From Schmidtea polychroa (taxonomy: Eukaryota): a stretch of 64,000 bases of DNA. Below the pieces are notes generated by a model, which saw nothing but the letters and a program-made list of their open reading frames with translations, searched no databases and was not told the origin of the DNA. The position numbers and the translations under genes were made by a program. This document shows positions 21,112 through 33,305 of the stretch, in pieces. The stretch is taken from the NCBI GenBank assembly GCA_044892525.1, contig CM097885.1, positions 4,156,001 to 4,220,000 of the forward strand, written 5' to 3'. The number at the start of each line of letters is the position of its first letter. The stretch's first letter is position 1.

Positions 21112-21598
21112 TTTAGATAAGTCAACAGTACTTCAAGAGGCTCGGGTTTTTAACGAATCTCCAATTAATCCTAAAAAATGCATTGGAATCTTAACTAGAA
21201 TTCTCTATATTATATCAAGAGGTGACAAATTAAGTCGAGCTGAAGCAACTGATGCTTTTTTTGCAATGACTAAACTTTTTCAAAACAAAGATCTAAATCT
21301 TCGTCGAATGGTGTATTTAGTCATTAAAGAAATGAAATCTATTGTCGATAATGTAATGATTGTTACAAGCAGCCTGCAACGAGATGTTATTGACAAGGAC
21401 CAGGCTTTTCGAGCCCCAGCATTACGTACATTGTGTAAAATCATGGACCCTGATATGGTTCAAATGCTTGAAAGACATATTAAAGAAGGTATTGTAAATC
21501 GTAGTTCTCCTTATGCATGTGCTGCTATTGCGTCAGCGTATCATCTAATGCAAACGGCTCATGAGTTAATTAGAAAATATTCAAATGAAGCTTGTGAT
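21112..21598 (+). pseudogene. COPG: Coatomer subunit gamma, remainder of first exon
   Basis: KSTVLQEARVFNESPINPKKC..EATDAFFAMTKLFQ..LRRMVYLVIKEM..IVTSSL; GTTAGT donor at 21599. No later COPG exons were recognised in the window. Confidence 0.92.
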
Positions 21599-22426
21599 GT
21601 TAGTTACAATAAAATTGTTCTGATGTGTCTTAAATTTAACCATATATATATACCTACAATTTTTATACAATTCACTTGTTTTTACAACACTATTTCTATA
21701 CTATTTTTAAACTAACTTTTAAAACTAAATTCAAATCATAAATTACAAGCACGCTTCTGCAAAATTTTTGAATTTCGTATGTGATTGTTTACTTTGCTTT
21801 TCATTTCTTTGTTAATAGCCGGTAGAATATACCAAACGCCACTGAGAACCATTTCCTATGTTGGGCGAGAAAGTAAAGTAATAATTTAAAAAGCATAAAA
21901 GGAAAGACAAATAAACAATAAGAATAAATAATAACAAATTAACCAAAGAGAATTAAAACAAAAAAATAAAAAATGAAAAATTAAGATAAGAAAACCGGAA
22001 AAAATAGTAAAATAATGGAAATAATAATAAATAAGAAAATAAAAAAAAATAAAGAAAACAATAAGGAAATACTAAGAAAACCACGAAAAACAAAGAAACC
22101 AAATTAAATTAAAAAATTACACCACGCTCAATTTTGATTGGCTCGCATAAAAACAAAATTAGGTATATAAGGGAGATACTGAAACAGCATTTTCAGTGTT
22201 AACCCGGATCATTATTAAGGAAAAACGAAGCATTCTAGGATCAGCATTTCAATCAATAGGACTAATTCGGAGCTAATTATTTTCAACAAATCACTCGAGG
22301 ACTCAAATTTTGAATTTTTGTGAATCGGTATTTAACAAGATAGAAAGTAAATTTTTATCTTTTGTAGAATTTTCAGTTACTATGAGAAGTGAGGAGTATA
22401 AATCCAAGCCAAATATACAGTATTAC

Positions 22427-22590
<164 letters not shown>

Positions 22591-23036
22591 AAAACCTTTT
22601 AATAACTAAATTGTTCACAACAGTAGGTAGTTAGAGGCTTACGGGAACAATTACCCCCCCCCTTGGGGGTTAAATTGTTCCAACTTTTTATTACGCAATT
22701 GTTCCAACTCACATTTTTTGCTTTCATGGATTTTTAGTCCAAATTTTTTTTTATCAGACTATAGTGAGGGGGTCTCGATGGTCCTGAGAATTTCAATACA
22801 AAAAAATTTTTTTAATACAAAAAGGTGGTCTTCAATAAAAAAGCCAAGGATTTTTCAGACTATAGTGAAGGGGTCTCGATGGTCCTAGGATTTTCAATAC
22901 AAAAATCCAATTATCACTAAAAAAGCATGGAATTTTCAAAGTAAATTAAGGTGGGTCTCCTTGGTCCTGAGAATTTCAATAGAAAAAGGCGGTCTACACT
23001 AAAAAAGCGTGGTAAATTTTTTAAATAAAGTAAATA

Positions 23037-24500
23037 CAGGGTTTTAAGTTGTATTTTGACAAGCATAATATATTTTTTGACAATATTAACCAGATAATAA
23101 ACAATATTAAATCTATTATTGACAATATATACTAAATTAATAACAATAAAAGCTTTATTAATGACATTATAAATATATTTTTAGACATTCTATGCATGGC
23201 TCAACAAATAAATCAATTTCCTGCTTCCATAGCAAATAATACAGAAATAGTAGTCGAAAGTGATAACACTGCCGAACCAGCTATCCGTAACACTTTTCGA
23301 GTACAACGAAGAAATAGTACAACTTCAAATGCTGATAGAGATCGTGTTATTACAGCATACGATGACGGAACTTCAATAGTTGATATTTCTCGAATTTTAT
23401 CAATAAAAAGAACTACAATTTATGGTATTTTTAAGAAGTACCATAACACTGGAGTGGTGGAAGCTGATAAGAGAGGCGGCGATCATCCACAAAAATTGAC
23501 AGAGGATCAAAAAAATCAAGTAAAAGAGTGGGTTGATAATAACTGCCAATTATCGTTGAAAGTTTTAGCGGAAAAGGTATTTACAGAGTTTCAAATTAGA
23601 ATATCCACAACTTATGTATATAATTTATTATCTCATTTTCATTATTCAATGAAAAGACTTCATTTAATTCCAGAGAGAAGAAATTCAACAGAAGTAATTG
23701 AAACTAGAAAAGAATATGCACTTAAATTCTCTTCTATACTAAGTATATATTCAGAACAAGAATTAATATTTATTGATGAGGTGGGATTCAACGTTTCTAT
23801 GAGAACAACAAGAGGAAGATCACAAATAGGCACTCCTGCAACATTAAATGTACCGACCATACGATCAAGAAATATATCTATAGCATGTGCAATGAACAAA
23901 AATGGGTTATTGTTTTATAAATCTTTTAATCGGGCCCTCAATAAAGAGAAGTTTATCGAATATATAACAGAGCTAAAGGAAGTTTTAATTGATAAAGAGA
24001 TTCACAGATGCGTATTTATAATGGATAATAAGTTCCATAAAAGTCCGGAAGTGCTTAGCGCTATAAATAATGAAAATACAACTGTAAAATTTCTTCCGCC
24101 GTACTCCCCTTTTCTCAATCCTATTGAGAACATGTTCAGCAAGTGGAAGGAAATCACCAAAAGAACCAACCCCAGAAATGAAGATGATCTTATGCGAGCA
24201 ATTGAAAATGGAAGTACCCTAATATCTTCACAAGACTGTAGTAATTATGTGCGAAATATGTGGTCATATATACCAAGATGTATTGAGGGAGAAATTATTC
24301 TTAATTAAATGTCACTTAATTTTTTTGTCATTACATTTTTTGTAATATATTACATTAATATATGTATTATTGTCATTAATATTATTTAAATTGGCATTTA
24401 TTTTATTAATATTGTCATTAATGTATTTAACATTGTCAAAGATTATATTAAAATATTCAAAAAATATGTTATGTTTGTCATAATACGACTTGAAACCCTG
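23037..24500 (+). mobile_element. IS630-Tc1-mariner transposon
   Basis: TIRs CAGGGTTTTAAGTTGTATTTTGACAAGCATAA / TTATGTTTGTCATAATACGACTTGAAACCCTG; TA at 23035-23036 and 24501-24502. Confidence 0.93.
23196..24308 (+). CDS. Tc1/IS630-type DDE transposase, 370 aa
   Basis: N-terminal HTH; FIDE, IMDN and LPPYSPFLNPIE motifs. Confidence 0.95.
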   Translation: MAQQINQFPASIANNTEIVVESDNTAEPAIRNTFRVQRRNSTTSNADRDRVITAYDDGTSIVDISRILSIKRTTIYGIFKKYHNTGVVEADKRGGDHPQKLTEDQKNQVKEWVDNNCQLSLKVLAEKVFTEFQIRISTTYVYNLLSHFHYSMKRLHLIPERRNSTEVIETRKEYALKFSSILSIYSEQELIFIDEVGFNVSMRTTRGRSQIGTPATLNVPTIRSRNISIACAMNKNGLLFYKSFNRALNKEKFIEYITELKEVLIDKEIHRCVFIMDNKFHKSPEVLSAINNENTTVKFLPPYSPFLNPIENMFSKWKEITKRTNPRNEDDLMRAIENGSTLISSQDCSNYVRNMWSYIPRCIEGEIILN

Positions 24501-25117
24501 TAATGGGTCTAAAAATTGAATTACAGTAAATAATGGTTCTAAAAAATTAAATTAAAGTAATCAATGGTCCAAATATTTTAAATTAAAGTAAATTATGGTC
24601 TAGATAAGTAAATTAAGGTTCAAATTTTTTAACTTAAAGTAAATTAAGGTTCTAAAAATTAAATTAAAAGTAAATTATGGTCCAAATTTCTGAATTAAAG
24701 TTAATTAAGGTTCTAAAAAATTAAATTAAAGTTAATTAAGGTCCAAATTTTAAAATTAAGTAATCAATGGTCAAATATTTTAAATAAGTAAATTAAAGTA
24801 ATAATTTTTAAATAAGTAATGTAATAAGTAAATTAAAGTAAGATTTTTAAATTTATTAACAAAAAGTTGAAATAATAGAAGGTGTTTGAGAATTGAAATT
24901 TTTTAATGAAAATTTTTATGAAATAATTTTTTAAGTAATTTTTAATAGAAATTTTAATGAAATATTTTTCAATGGTAATTTTTAATGGAAATTTTTATGG
25001 AATAATTTTTTAAGTTAATTTTTAATGGAAATTTTTATGGAATAATTTTTTAAGTTAATTTTTAATGGAAATTTTGATGAAATATTTTTCAAAGACAAAT
25101 TTTAATAATAATAATTC

Positions 25118-26430
25118 AACAACAAACCAACAACTTAGTACCAACAACCAGTAACTTACGAACATGTATTTACAACCAGATACCTGCAACTAGTTACTAA
25201 CAACCTGATACCAACTACTCACAACCGACAACAACCAGGTACTAAGCATTATCAACCAAGTACCTACAACCACCTACCAAGTACTAACAACTAAAAAAAA
25301 ACCAACTAACAACTAGCTACAACTTACCAAGTACATACAATCCACAACAACCACATAACAACTAACTACCACCTACCAAGTACATATAACCAACATCCAC
25401 CAGGTACTAAGCATTAATTACCAACTACTAAGTACCTACAACCACCTACCAAGTACTTACAACCAACATCAACCAGATACCTACAACTAGTTACTAACAA
25501 CCAGTTACCTGATACCAAGTACCTACAACTAGACACTAACAAACAAAAACATGCAACCAACTAGCTACCACCTACCAAGTACTTACAACCAACATCAACC
25601 AGATACCTACAACTAGTTACTAACAACCAGTTACCTGCTACCAAGTACTAACAAACAAAAACATGCAACCAACTAGCTACCACCTACCAAGTACTTACAA
25701 CCAACATCAACCAGGTACTAAGCATTATCAACCAAGTACCTACAACTATGTACTAACATCCAAAAAACAACCAGCCACCAACTAGCTACCACCTACCCAT
25801 TAACTAGCTACTAAGTACTCACAACCGACAACAATCAGGTACTAAGCATTATCAACCAAGTACCTACAACCACCTACCAAGTACTAACAACTAAAAAAAC
25901 CAACTAACAACTAGCTACAACCTACCAAGTACATACAACCACCTACCAAGTACTTACAACTAGTTACTAACAACCAATTACCTGCTAACAAATACTTTCA
26001 ACATGATACCACGTACTAACTAACTCTCAAACAACCAGATACTTACAACCAATTACCAGATACCAAGTACTTACAACTAGTTACTAACAACTAGTTACCT
26101 GATACTAAGTACCTACAACCACCTACCAAGTACTAACAACCAACATCAACCAGATACCTACAACTAGATACTAACAACCAGTTACCTGCTACCAAGTACT
26201 AACAACCAACATCAACCAGCTAAGAACTAGCTACCACCAACCAAGTACATTCAACCAACATCAACCAGGTACTAAACATTATCAACCAAGTACCTACAAC
26301 CACCTACCAAGTTCTTACAACCAAGTACTAACAACTAGCTACAAACAACCAGATACTTACAACCCACAACAACCAGGTACTAAGCATTATCAACCAAGTA
26401 CTAACAACTAGATACCAAGCACTTACTTAC
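25118..26430. repeat. AC-skewed complex tandem repeat
   Basis: Shuffled ACCAAGTAC, CTACAACC and ACTAGTTACTAACA units. Confidence 0.88.
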
Positions 26431-27208
26431 CACATGAAATTATTGGTTAAATATGAAAATAAGGGTTATAATTAGTTGTTAAGTAAATTGTGGTGTAAAA
26501 TTATGGTAAAAATTATGGTAAGTAAAGAATAATTAGGTAAATTAAGGATAAATTAAGGAAATTTAAGGTTCAAAATTTAAAATTAAGTAACCAATGGTTT
26601 AAATAAGTAAATTAAAGTAATGTAATAAGTAAATTAAAGTAAGATTTTTAAATTTATTATCAAAAAATTGAATAACCACCAACTTTTTTGAGAAATGTAA
26701 TTTTTAATGAAAATTTTTATAGTATAATTTTTTAAGTTAATTTTTATGATATTTTTTTTTAAGATAATTTTAAATACAAATTTTAATGAAATAATTTTTA
26801 AGTTAATTTCAATGAAATATTTTTCAAAGTCAAATGAAAATTTTTATGGAATAATAATAATAATAATAAAAATAATAATAATAATAAAAATAATAATAAT
26901 AATTCAACAGTTCCCAACAATCGGTTACTTATTATTTTTAACTAGGTGCTAAAAAATAAGTACCAAATACTTACAACATGATACCATGTACTAACTAACT
27001 CTCAAACAACCAGATACTTACAACTAACTACTTACAATCAACTAAATATTCTTTATCGAATTTTTATGAAATGTTTTTTTTAAATTAATTTTTTTTATCT
27101 GTCTTCAAAAATATGTTTAATTACAATCGGTAGAAAAACCTTTTCAAAATGTCTAAATTTAACAAAAATGTTGATTTTCATCAAAAAAAAAACCACAACT
27201 CAGTCACT

Positions 27209-27384
27209 TTAAAACACCACGTGGAATTAGTACATTAAATAAGAATTTATATTTTAATGATTGGTCTAAAACAGTTACTCCCCCTTTTGTGGTTTACGCT
27301 GACTTTGAGGCTATCTTACCTACTGATAATAGATACTTTCAAACGCACTTGCCGATTTCTGCAGGTCTTTTGCTAATAAATAAC
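27209..27384 (+). pseudogene. pPolB exonuclease-domain fragment
   Basis: 27241-27384 reads KNLYFNDWSKTVTPPFVVYADFEAILPTDNRYFQTHLPISAGLLLINN, homologous to KNLIFQNYAKTITPPFVIYADFESILPGDIIHYQKHLPITAGLLLINN of the first element. Confidence 0.92.
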
Positions 27385-28804
27385 ACTGGTTTTTCCTCTT
27401 GCAAGAAGGTCGGGTGTTAATTCAGCGGCGCAGTGGTTGAACACGGGTCATCGTGGGGGTTTCATCAATGATCCGTCACCACAGGAAGAAAAAGTGTGAA
27501 TTTAGAATCGTAAAGAGGAGAATAAAATGATGAAAGCGAGAAGAGTATAATATGAATTTTCAACATGATAAATCATAAATCTTCGCAATGAGTAAGGTAG
27601 CTGGAACATCATTCGTTTAGTGCCATCCCAGAGAAAAAGGAGCATCCAGTAGTCATCGTAGTTTTGGGTCATCTGAAAGTCAAATCTGACGTTAGTTTCT
27701 TCCTTGTATAATTTTCGATCCATCTATCTTAACCGGCAAGACTATTATAGAGCTGTAAGAATCGTAAATCGGGTAAAATTTCTACACTCGCTGCAAATTG
27801 TCAGCGATACCTAAATCACCCTAGAATGTCTAAAAATTCCGAATTAAGACCTCGTCGAACTAGCAAACTTGTCCTGAAGAATACTCTGAGTAGAATGTAT
27901 CAAAGACCCGAACTTCGGTATAGGTAATTCCCTCATTTAAGATAACCAGACATCCACCAATCGATAATGCACTTTCAGGAAAATACACAATACTAAAATC
28001 CAGCTGTTTAGACTCTGAATACCATGGCCGATAATTTTGTCAATTAGATAGTTTGATAAGGCGTCTACGGAATCGTGACATAAACCGAACGTACATTGGT
28101 GAGAATATACAGTAGAATTTTCCATATTTGTCGCAATTACACGTACGATCGCACGTGGCTAACCCATTAGACAAAATCACTGATCCGCAAATAATGTGAA
28201 CAACGATCACATTAGAAATACAGATAAGTCACCAGCATTTCCAATCACACCGATCCCTGATACAAACTCACATATCGCGCAAAATAATCACCTGTCGAGA
28301 TCACACCGATGGGTTAACAGAACAATTATAACAATGATAAAACCCGACAGCAGACCACTCTACACTGATAAGATGGCGAATGACGGTCGCACAGTAGGAA
28401 GGTCAATTTTTTCCAAGAAATTAAATGAATGAATGTATTTTGATAATAAAGATTTTAGTAATAAGTTAATGATTAAAGATTTATTTAATAATTTATTGTT
28501 GATAGATATTCGGAGGAATATCTCGCTTCATAATAATAAACAGGAACCCACTCATGAATGTCGTAGGGTTTAAAATTGGATTATGATTACGTTCTCCCTA
28601 GAGAAATTCTTGAATTTTCGTCAAAATTCTGAATGGCCGATTTAGCCCAGCGGATAAAGATTTATTTTTATTTTTTCAATTATCTATTTAAATTTGTCCG
28701 GGTTCCGACGTTTTCTGGTATGTGTACGGATTATGTGTTTGTGTTGATTTTCTTTTAAGCTATTATGATTTTTCCTTCCCAATAAAGTGATGTTTGATTG
28801 AGTA

Positions 28805-31424
28805 TAGAGATTGGGATTTCTCAACTTTTTTCATTTCTCGAGAATCCGAGAGTCTCGTTTTTTGCAATATTATGATTCTCGAGAAATCGAGAGTCTCGTT
28901 CAAGAAATTTCAGGACCCGGGAAATTTCCCGAGAAATTAAAGAATCTGAAATAGTTTATAAAAAATGAGAAAACAAGAAAATTTCAAAGAAAAAAATTGT
29001 ATTCAAATAAAACTAACACAAATAAAACTAACACTATTCACTACAAAACTAAAGAATATATAGCAAAAATAGAAAAGTTAGTACATCATATGATATTATA
29101 CCAAATATACCACAAAAACAAATATAATATTTTTTATTTATTGATATTTGTGAAATAAAATTTTAAAAAACAAAGTACATCAATTGCTTTGTCAGTTAAA
29201 CGTGTTCGTTTTTTAGTTACTATATTTACTGCTGTTGAAAAGTTTCTTTCATTTTGTGTTGATGTTGGTCTGATAGTCAGTAAACATTCTTTTATTTTGA
29301 ATAAGTTTTGGGAAATTTGTCCATTTATTTCGTATAAATTCATTTCCTTTAATAATAAATTTACATTTGTTTTTATTTCAGCTGTTGCCAAACAATTGTT
29401 GATCGAATCTTCAAGTTTTTCTTTTAATGTTTTTTCAGCAGATTTATCAATTTCAATTATTTCAATATTATTCTCCTCGCAATTATTTGGATGATCACCA
29501 TCACCATCATTTTTATTAATTTTCAGCATAATAGATTTTGCTACTTTTAACATTTCATTTTTCGAAGCAGATTTGAAAAAATCTTTTGCATCAGCATTTA
29601 AGGAATTGGGATTATTTAAAAATTTAATTAATGAGACTAAAGGTACATTTCTCCTTTTCGAAATTTGATCTGTTATTTCAGTAAGTAATACGGCTTTTAA
29701 ATGTGTTTTTTTTTTTTTTTTTGCTTTAAGAGTAAAATTATTATCCCATAAATCATAAAAATTTAAATCTATTAGCGTTTTTTTTATTGGTTCAATCAAC
29801 CTTAAAAATCGTTCTATCATTGTGATCATACTATTCCATCTTGTTTTGCAGTCAAGTAATAAATGTAGATCTTTATTTTCTACTTCATTTACATATTTTT
29901 GAAGAACAGAATTTCGTACAGGGGAATTTTTAAATTTTTTAACAATTATTCGAATTTTATGAATTGTTAGTTTTATATCATCTATATCATTCAATAAAAA
30001 TGTTTCCTGTGTTAAATTATTATCTTCATCTGAAAATATATTGTCTTCAACATCATCTGATGAATCAGAATCTGAAGAATGTTCATGTTCATTATTTTTA
30101 TTTAAATAAAATATTTTAAGGACTGCCAAATGTAAAGCATGATTGTAACATAGCTGCAACAAAGCTGGTGATAAAGTTCCAAATTTTACCATAACGCTTG
30201 CACCATCACTTGTAGTGGCAATAATATCTTTATCAAAACTAATATTAAATGAATTTAACTTTTCATTTACTAAATCGACCATTTTATCTGCCGGGCAGCT
30301 ACCATGTATACGAACTAGTCCTAGATTTTCCGACATACTACTTGCATTATAATATATATGTATATTTAAATATCGTCGATTCCTAAAACTGGTCCACTCG
30401 TCAATACTTAAAGAAATTTTTTGATTTTTTGATTTTATTAGTTTTATTTTATTGACAATATCATCTTTTTTTTCATTGTAATATTTATAAATTATATTCA
30501 TTATATCCGTTGGATATTTTGGTAAAACAAATCCTTGTAATTCTAAACTATTTCGAATAAATTCACATTTTGAAATCTTTTGAATGGAAATATTGTCGAA
30601 CGCTGCTAGTTTTGAAACAATTTCCTCAAGACTCTGTGATTGTGTACTTTTTGGTTTAAAATAAGTATTTATGCTCGTAGTACCACTGCTTCTCATACGA
30701 TTGCAACCTATATTTCCAGCCTGCAAAGTCTTGGTCATACCATGTTTTGCTGTTAAATGCCGGTGTAATCCAGTTGTTGTTGATCCTTTGCAATTAATTT
30801 CACTTTTGCAATATTTACATATTGCCATATTTCGGTCTTCATTTCTTTCAAATTCTAGCCAACAATTCTGATACTCATTTGGTTTGGTATTTTCAGACAT
30901 CTTTAGCCCTTTACTTTAAGTTCTAAATAAAGTAATTGTTATTGTAATTGTAAATGATTTAATTATCAATACTTACGAAATATTTAAATTTTTTCTGGTA
31001 TGATTTGTATAAATATATAATAATAATTTAATAATAGAATTAAAATTACAAAATTAGCTTTGTGCACTTTTAAAACAATTGCTATCACAGCAACTACAGA
31101 AAAATGTACTAAATTGTATAATTTGAAAGTATTGGTTTTCGAAATTTAATAAAAATATTATGGATCGAGTGATAAATATATACTATCTATTATATACCAT
31201 CTATTAAATAAGTCAAAAATTATAATTTGTTGGGGAATTTTCTATAAATAAGAATTTTCTATGGGGAAATATTTTAAGGTTTCCTTCTCCGGACTTGAAA
31301 ATAAAATCTCGAGAAATCGAGAATCTCGTTTTTTAACCTTTTTCACTTCTCGAGAAACAAGACATAAAAAAAATATACAAGTTTCGAGAATTCCCGAGAC
31401 GAAATTTCTCGATCCCAATCTTTA
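28805..31424 (-). mobile_element. hAT transposon
   Basis: TIRs TAGAGATTGGGAT / ATCCCAATCTTTA; 8-bp TSD ATTGAGTA at 28797-28804 and 31425-31432; subterminal TCTCGAGA repeats. Confidence 0.95.
29134..30900 (-). CDS. hAT transposase (BED finger), probable internal deletion
   Basis: CKYC..LHRHLTAKH, SIDEWTS, TSDGASVM, CYNHALHL, DCKTRWNS and ERNFS motifs. Confidence 0.93.
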   Translation of the reverse strand: MSENTKPNEYQNCWLEFERNEDRNMAICKYCKSEINCKGSTTTGLHRHLTAKHGMTKTLQAGNIGCNRMRSSGTTSINTYFKPKSTQSQSLEEIVSKLAAFDNISIQKISKCEFIRNSLELQGFVLPKYPTDIMNIIYKYYNEKKDDIVNKIKLIKSKNQKISLSIDEWTSFRNRRYLNIHIYYNASSMSENLGLVRIHGSCPADKMVDLVNEKLNSFNISFDKDIIATTSDGASVMVKFGTLSPALLQLCYNHALHLAVLKIFYLNKNNEHEHSSDSDSSDDVEDNIFSDEDNNLTQETFLLNDIDDIKLTIHKIRIIVKKFKNSPVRNSVLQKYVNEVENKDLHLLLDCKTRWNSMITMIERFLRLIEPIKKTLIDLNFYDLWDNNFTLKAKKKKKTHLKAVLLTEITDQISKRRNVPLVSLIKFLNNPNSLNADAKDFFKSASKNEMLKVAKSIMLKINKNDGDGDHPNNCEENNIEIIEIDKSAEKTLKEKLEDSINNCLATAEIKTNVNLLLKEMNLYEINGQISQNLFKIKECLLTIRPTSTQNERNFSTAVNIVTKKRTRLTDKAIDVLCFLKFYFTNINK

Positions 31425-31496
31425 ATTGAGTATGATGGCGGTTATGAGCTTGCTAGAAGTAACTTGTTCTTAATAGAATTCCCTTTAGCTTTAGAA

Positions 31497-32240
31497 ATGT
31501 CCAAGGTTCCAACCACCACAGTCATACGCCCATGTTTCTCCTGCGCGGACAAAAGTCAGTTGATAAAAACTCTTCAGACTCAAAATGGACTCCTGAAAAA
31601 GAAATCGGACTACTTAGAAGGGGCGTATTTTTCTCCAGCCCATATAAAGGAGGTAAGAACAAGACTCACCAGGGTGGAAAAGTGTCGGGATGACGTATTG
31701 GAGGAGAACCGCACTTTGTGTGCCTTAATCAAAGAGCAGTCCGAAGCACTGCACAAGGTGTTTGTACGAGCTTCAGTTACAAGAAAAATAGTGGACATCC
31801 CACTCGCAGAAGAGGACAATCTGTTCCCGTCCCACCACCTCTCGGGCATCTCGTTGACAAAATCATTTATTCCGGCCAACTTAAGCCATTCGAGTCTTCC
31901 TCAGCCGACGATCCCAGCCGAAGTTATCTGTACCGGCACAAGACGTGCAGTCCCAAGGATAGTAGATTTAACAACCCCGATCACTCTTCCGGAGGTAAAG
32001 AAAGCCAAGAAACGCCGGCAGCCATCTAGGGCCGAGCGTACTAAAAGGAGAAGGGCCCTCCAGGCCGAAAGGGAAGCGGCTCTGATAGCTTCTGTTCAAC
32101 TACCAGCTCCAATACCTTCAGCGGAACCCGCCCCGCAGTCTATTCCCGCCCGCCGATTCATCATGGGAAGAAAACGCCAAAGATTTTTTCGATCTCGATC
32201 AGATCTTTGCTGGAGCTTCTCCGAATACATTATGATTTAA
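31497..32240 (+). CDS. Orphan ORF (coiled-coil, Pro-rich, basic), probably element-derived
   Basis: 247-codon ORF from ATG 31497, clearly more GC-rich than its flanks; no family recognised. Confidence 0.5.
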   Translation: MSKVPTTTVIRPCFSCADKSQLIKTLQTQNGLLKKKSDYLEGAYFSPAHIKEVRTRLTRVEKCRDDVLEENRTLCALIKEQSEALHKVFVRASVTRKIVDIPLAEEDNLFPSHHLSGISLTKSFIPANLSHSSLPQPTIPAEVICTGTRRAVPRIVDLTTPITLPEVKKAKKRRQPSRAERTKRRRALQAEREAALIASVQLPAPIPSAEPAPQSIPARRFIMGRKRQRFFRSRSDLCWSFSEYIMI

Positions 32241-33305
32241 ATCCCTGTTCCTCTCGAAATTGTATAATTCACTAAATGTATTTTTCTTGTAATAGTTCGA
32301 CAATATATTTTTCTGTTGTGACTTGACAAATTAAATAATTTTGAATATTTGAGTTATGAGGGATGGTTGAATACGAAAGTGGATAATGAGTGACGGAATC
32401 AATGTGTGGAAGAAATATGATAAAGCTGAATGTAAGGAAAATAGAAATAAGGGTAATGTGGGAAAATTTGCTGTTGAATGCCGAATACCGTCAAACTAGC
32501 GAGTCGAGTGTCGTGTTGGAAACTGATTGCAAATCGGGATGATATATAGAATCTTAGAATGATGTGTATGACGTAAGTCCTTCTATCGGCAGTTGAGTAT
32601 TTGTTAAGTCGAGTTACGATGGGGGAGCAGTCCTAAGGCAGGGGCTCACCTGCTCCATCGTAGCTCGCCGACATGGCACAGTACCAACATGATGTATGAT
32701 CGTGTGGGTTTTGGTTAAGGGTCCCGTGGAATGATGACATGCTATATGTGCGGTTAGGACTATCAACCCCTAGTGTAATAAAGCATTTTTTGACCCGACC
32801 TAGACCCAGCACCTATAATATAACAAAAAAAATCAATAATCTTAATAAAAAATAATATAAATAAAAAATTAATAAATAAATAAAAATTTAGTAATAATAA
32901 AAAAGAATAATAAAAAAATATTATTTAACTGCAAAAAGTTGAATTATAATTTTTTGTCATTTAATTATTTAATTTTATATAACAAAAATTCCAGATATTC
33001 ATAATGCCAGAATTCTGGCTTAAATAAATAAGAAAACACTGAGAATTTACATTATTTAATTTTAATGTCGCATTCAAAGCCAAAAAACAATATTTATAAA
33101 ATCTTTGTTTATCTACATAAAAAAATTAATTGTAAAACTTTGAAATTTAAAATGTAAGAGGAAATAATTAATATAATAATTATGATTTATAGAAGATGTA
33201 AAATGTTGAATTATTTTGATAATTATATAATGTGAAATATAAAATTGGAATATTTAATTATTTTATTTTCACAATAATAATTATTTATCATTTAATCAAT
33301 TAATT

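Larger units (their letters stand above)
22622..27384 (+). mobile_element. Second, heavily deleted Polinton relic
   Basis: Begins AGTAGGTAG followed by a C-run and subterminal repeats; ends in a pPolB exonuclease fragment. The boundaries are inferred. Confidence 0.6.

Noticed and set aside
25118..26430. Telomeric repeat or mucin-like CDS
   Set aside because: No regular TTAGGG-type unit and no long ORF.
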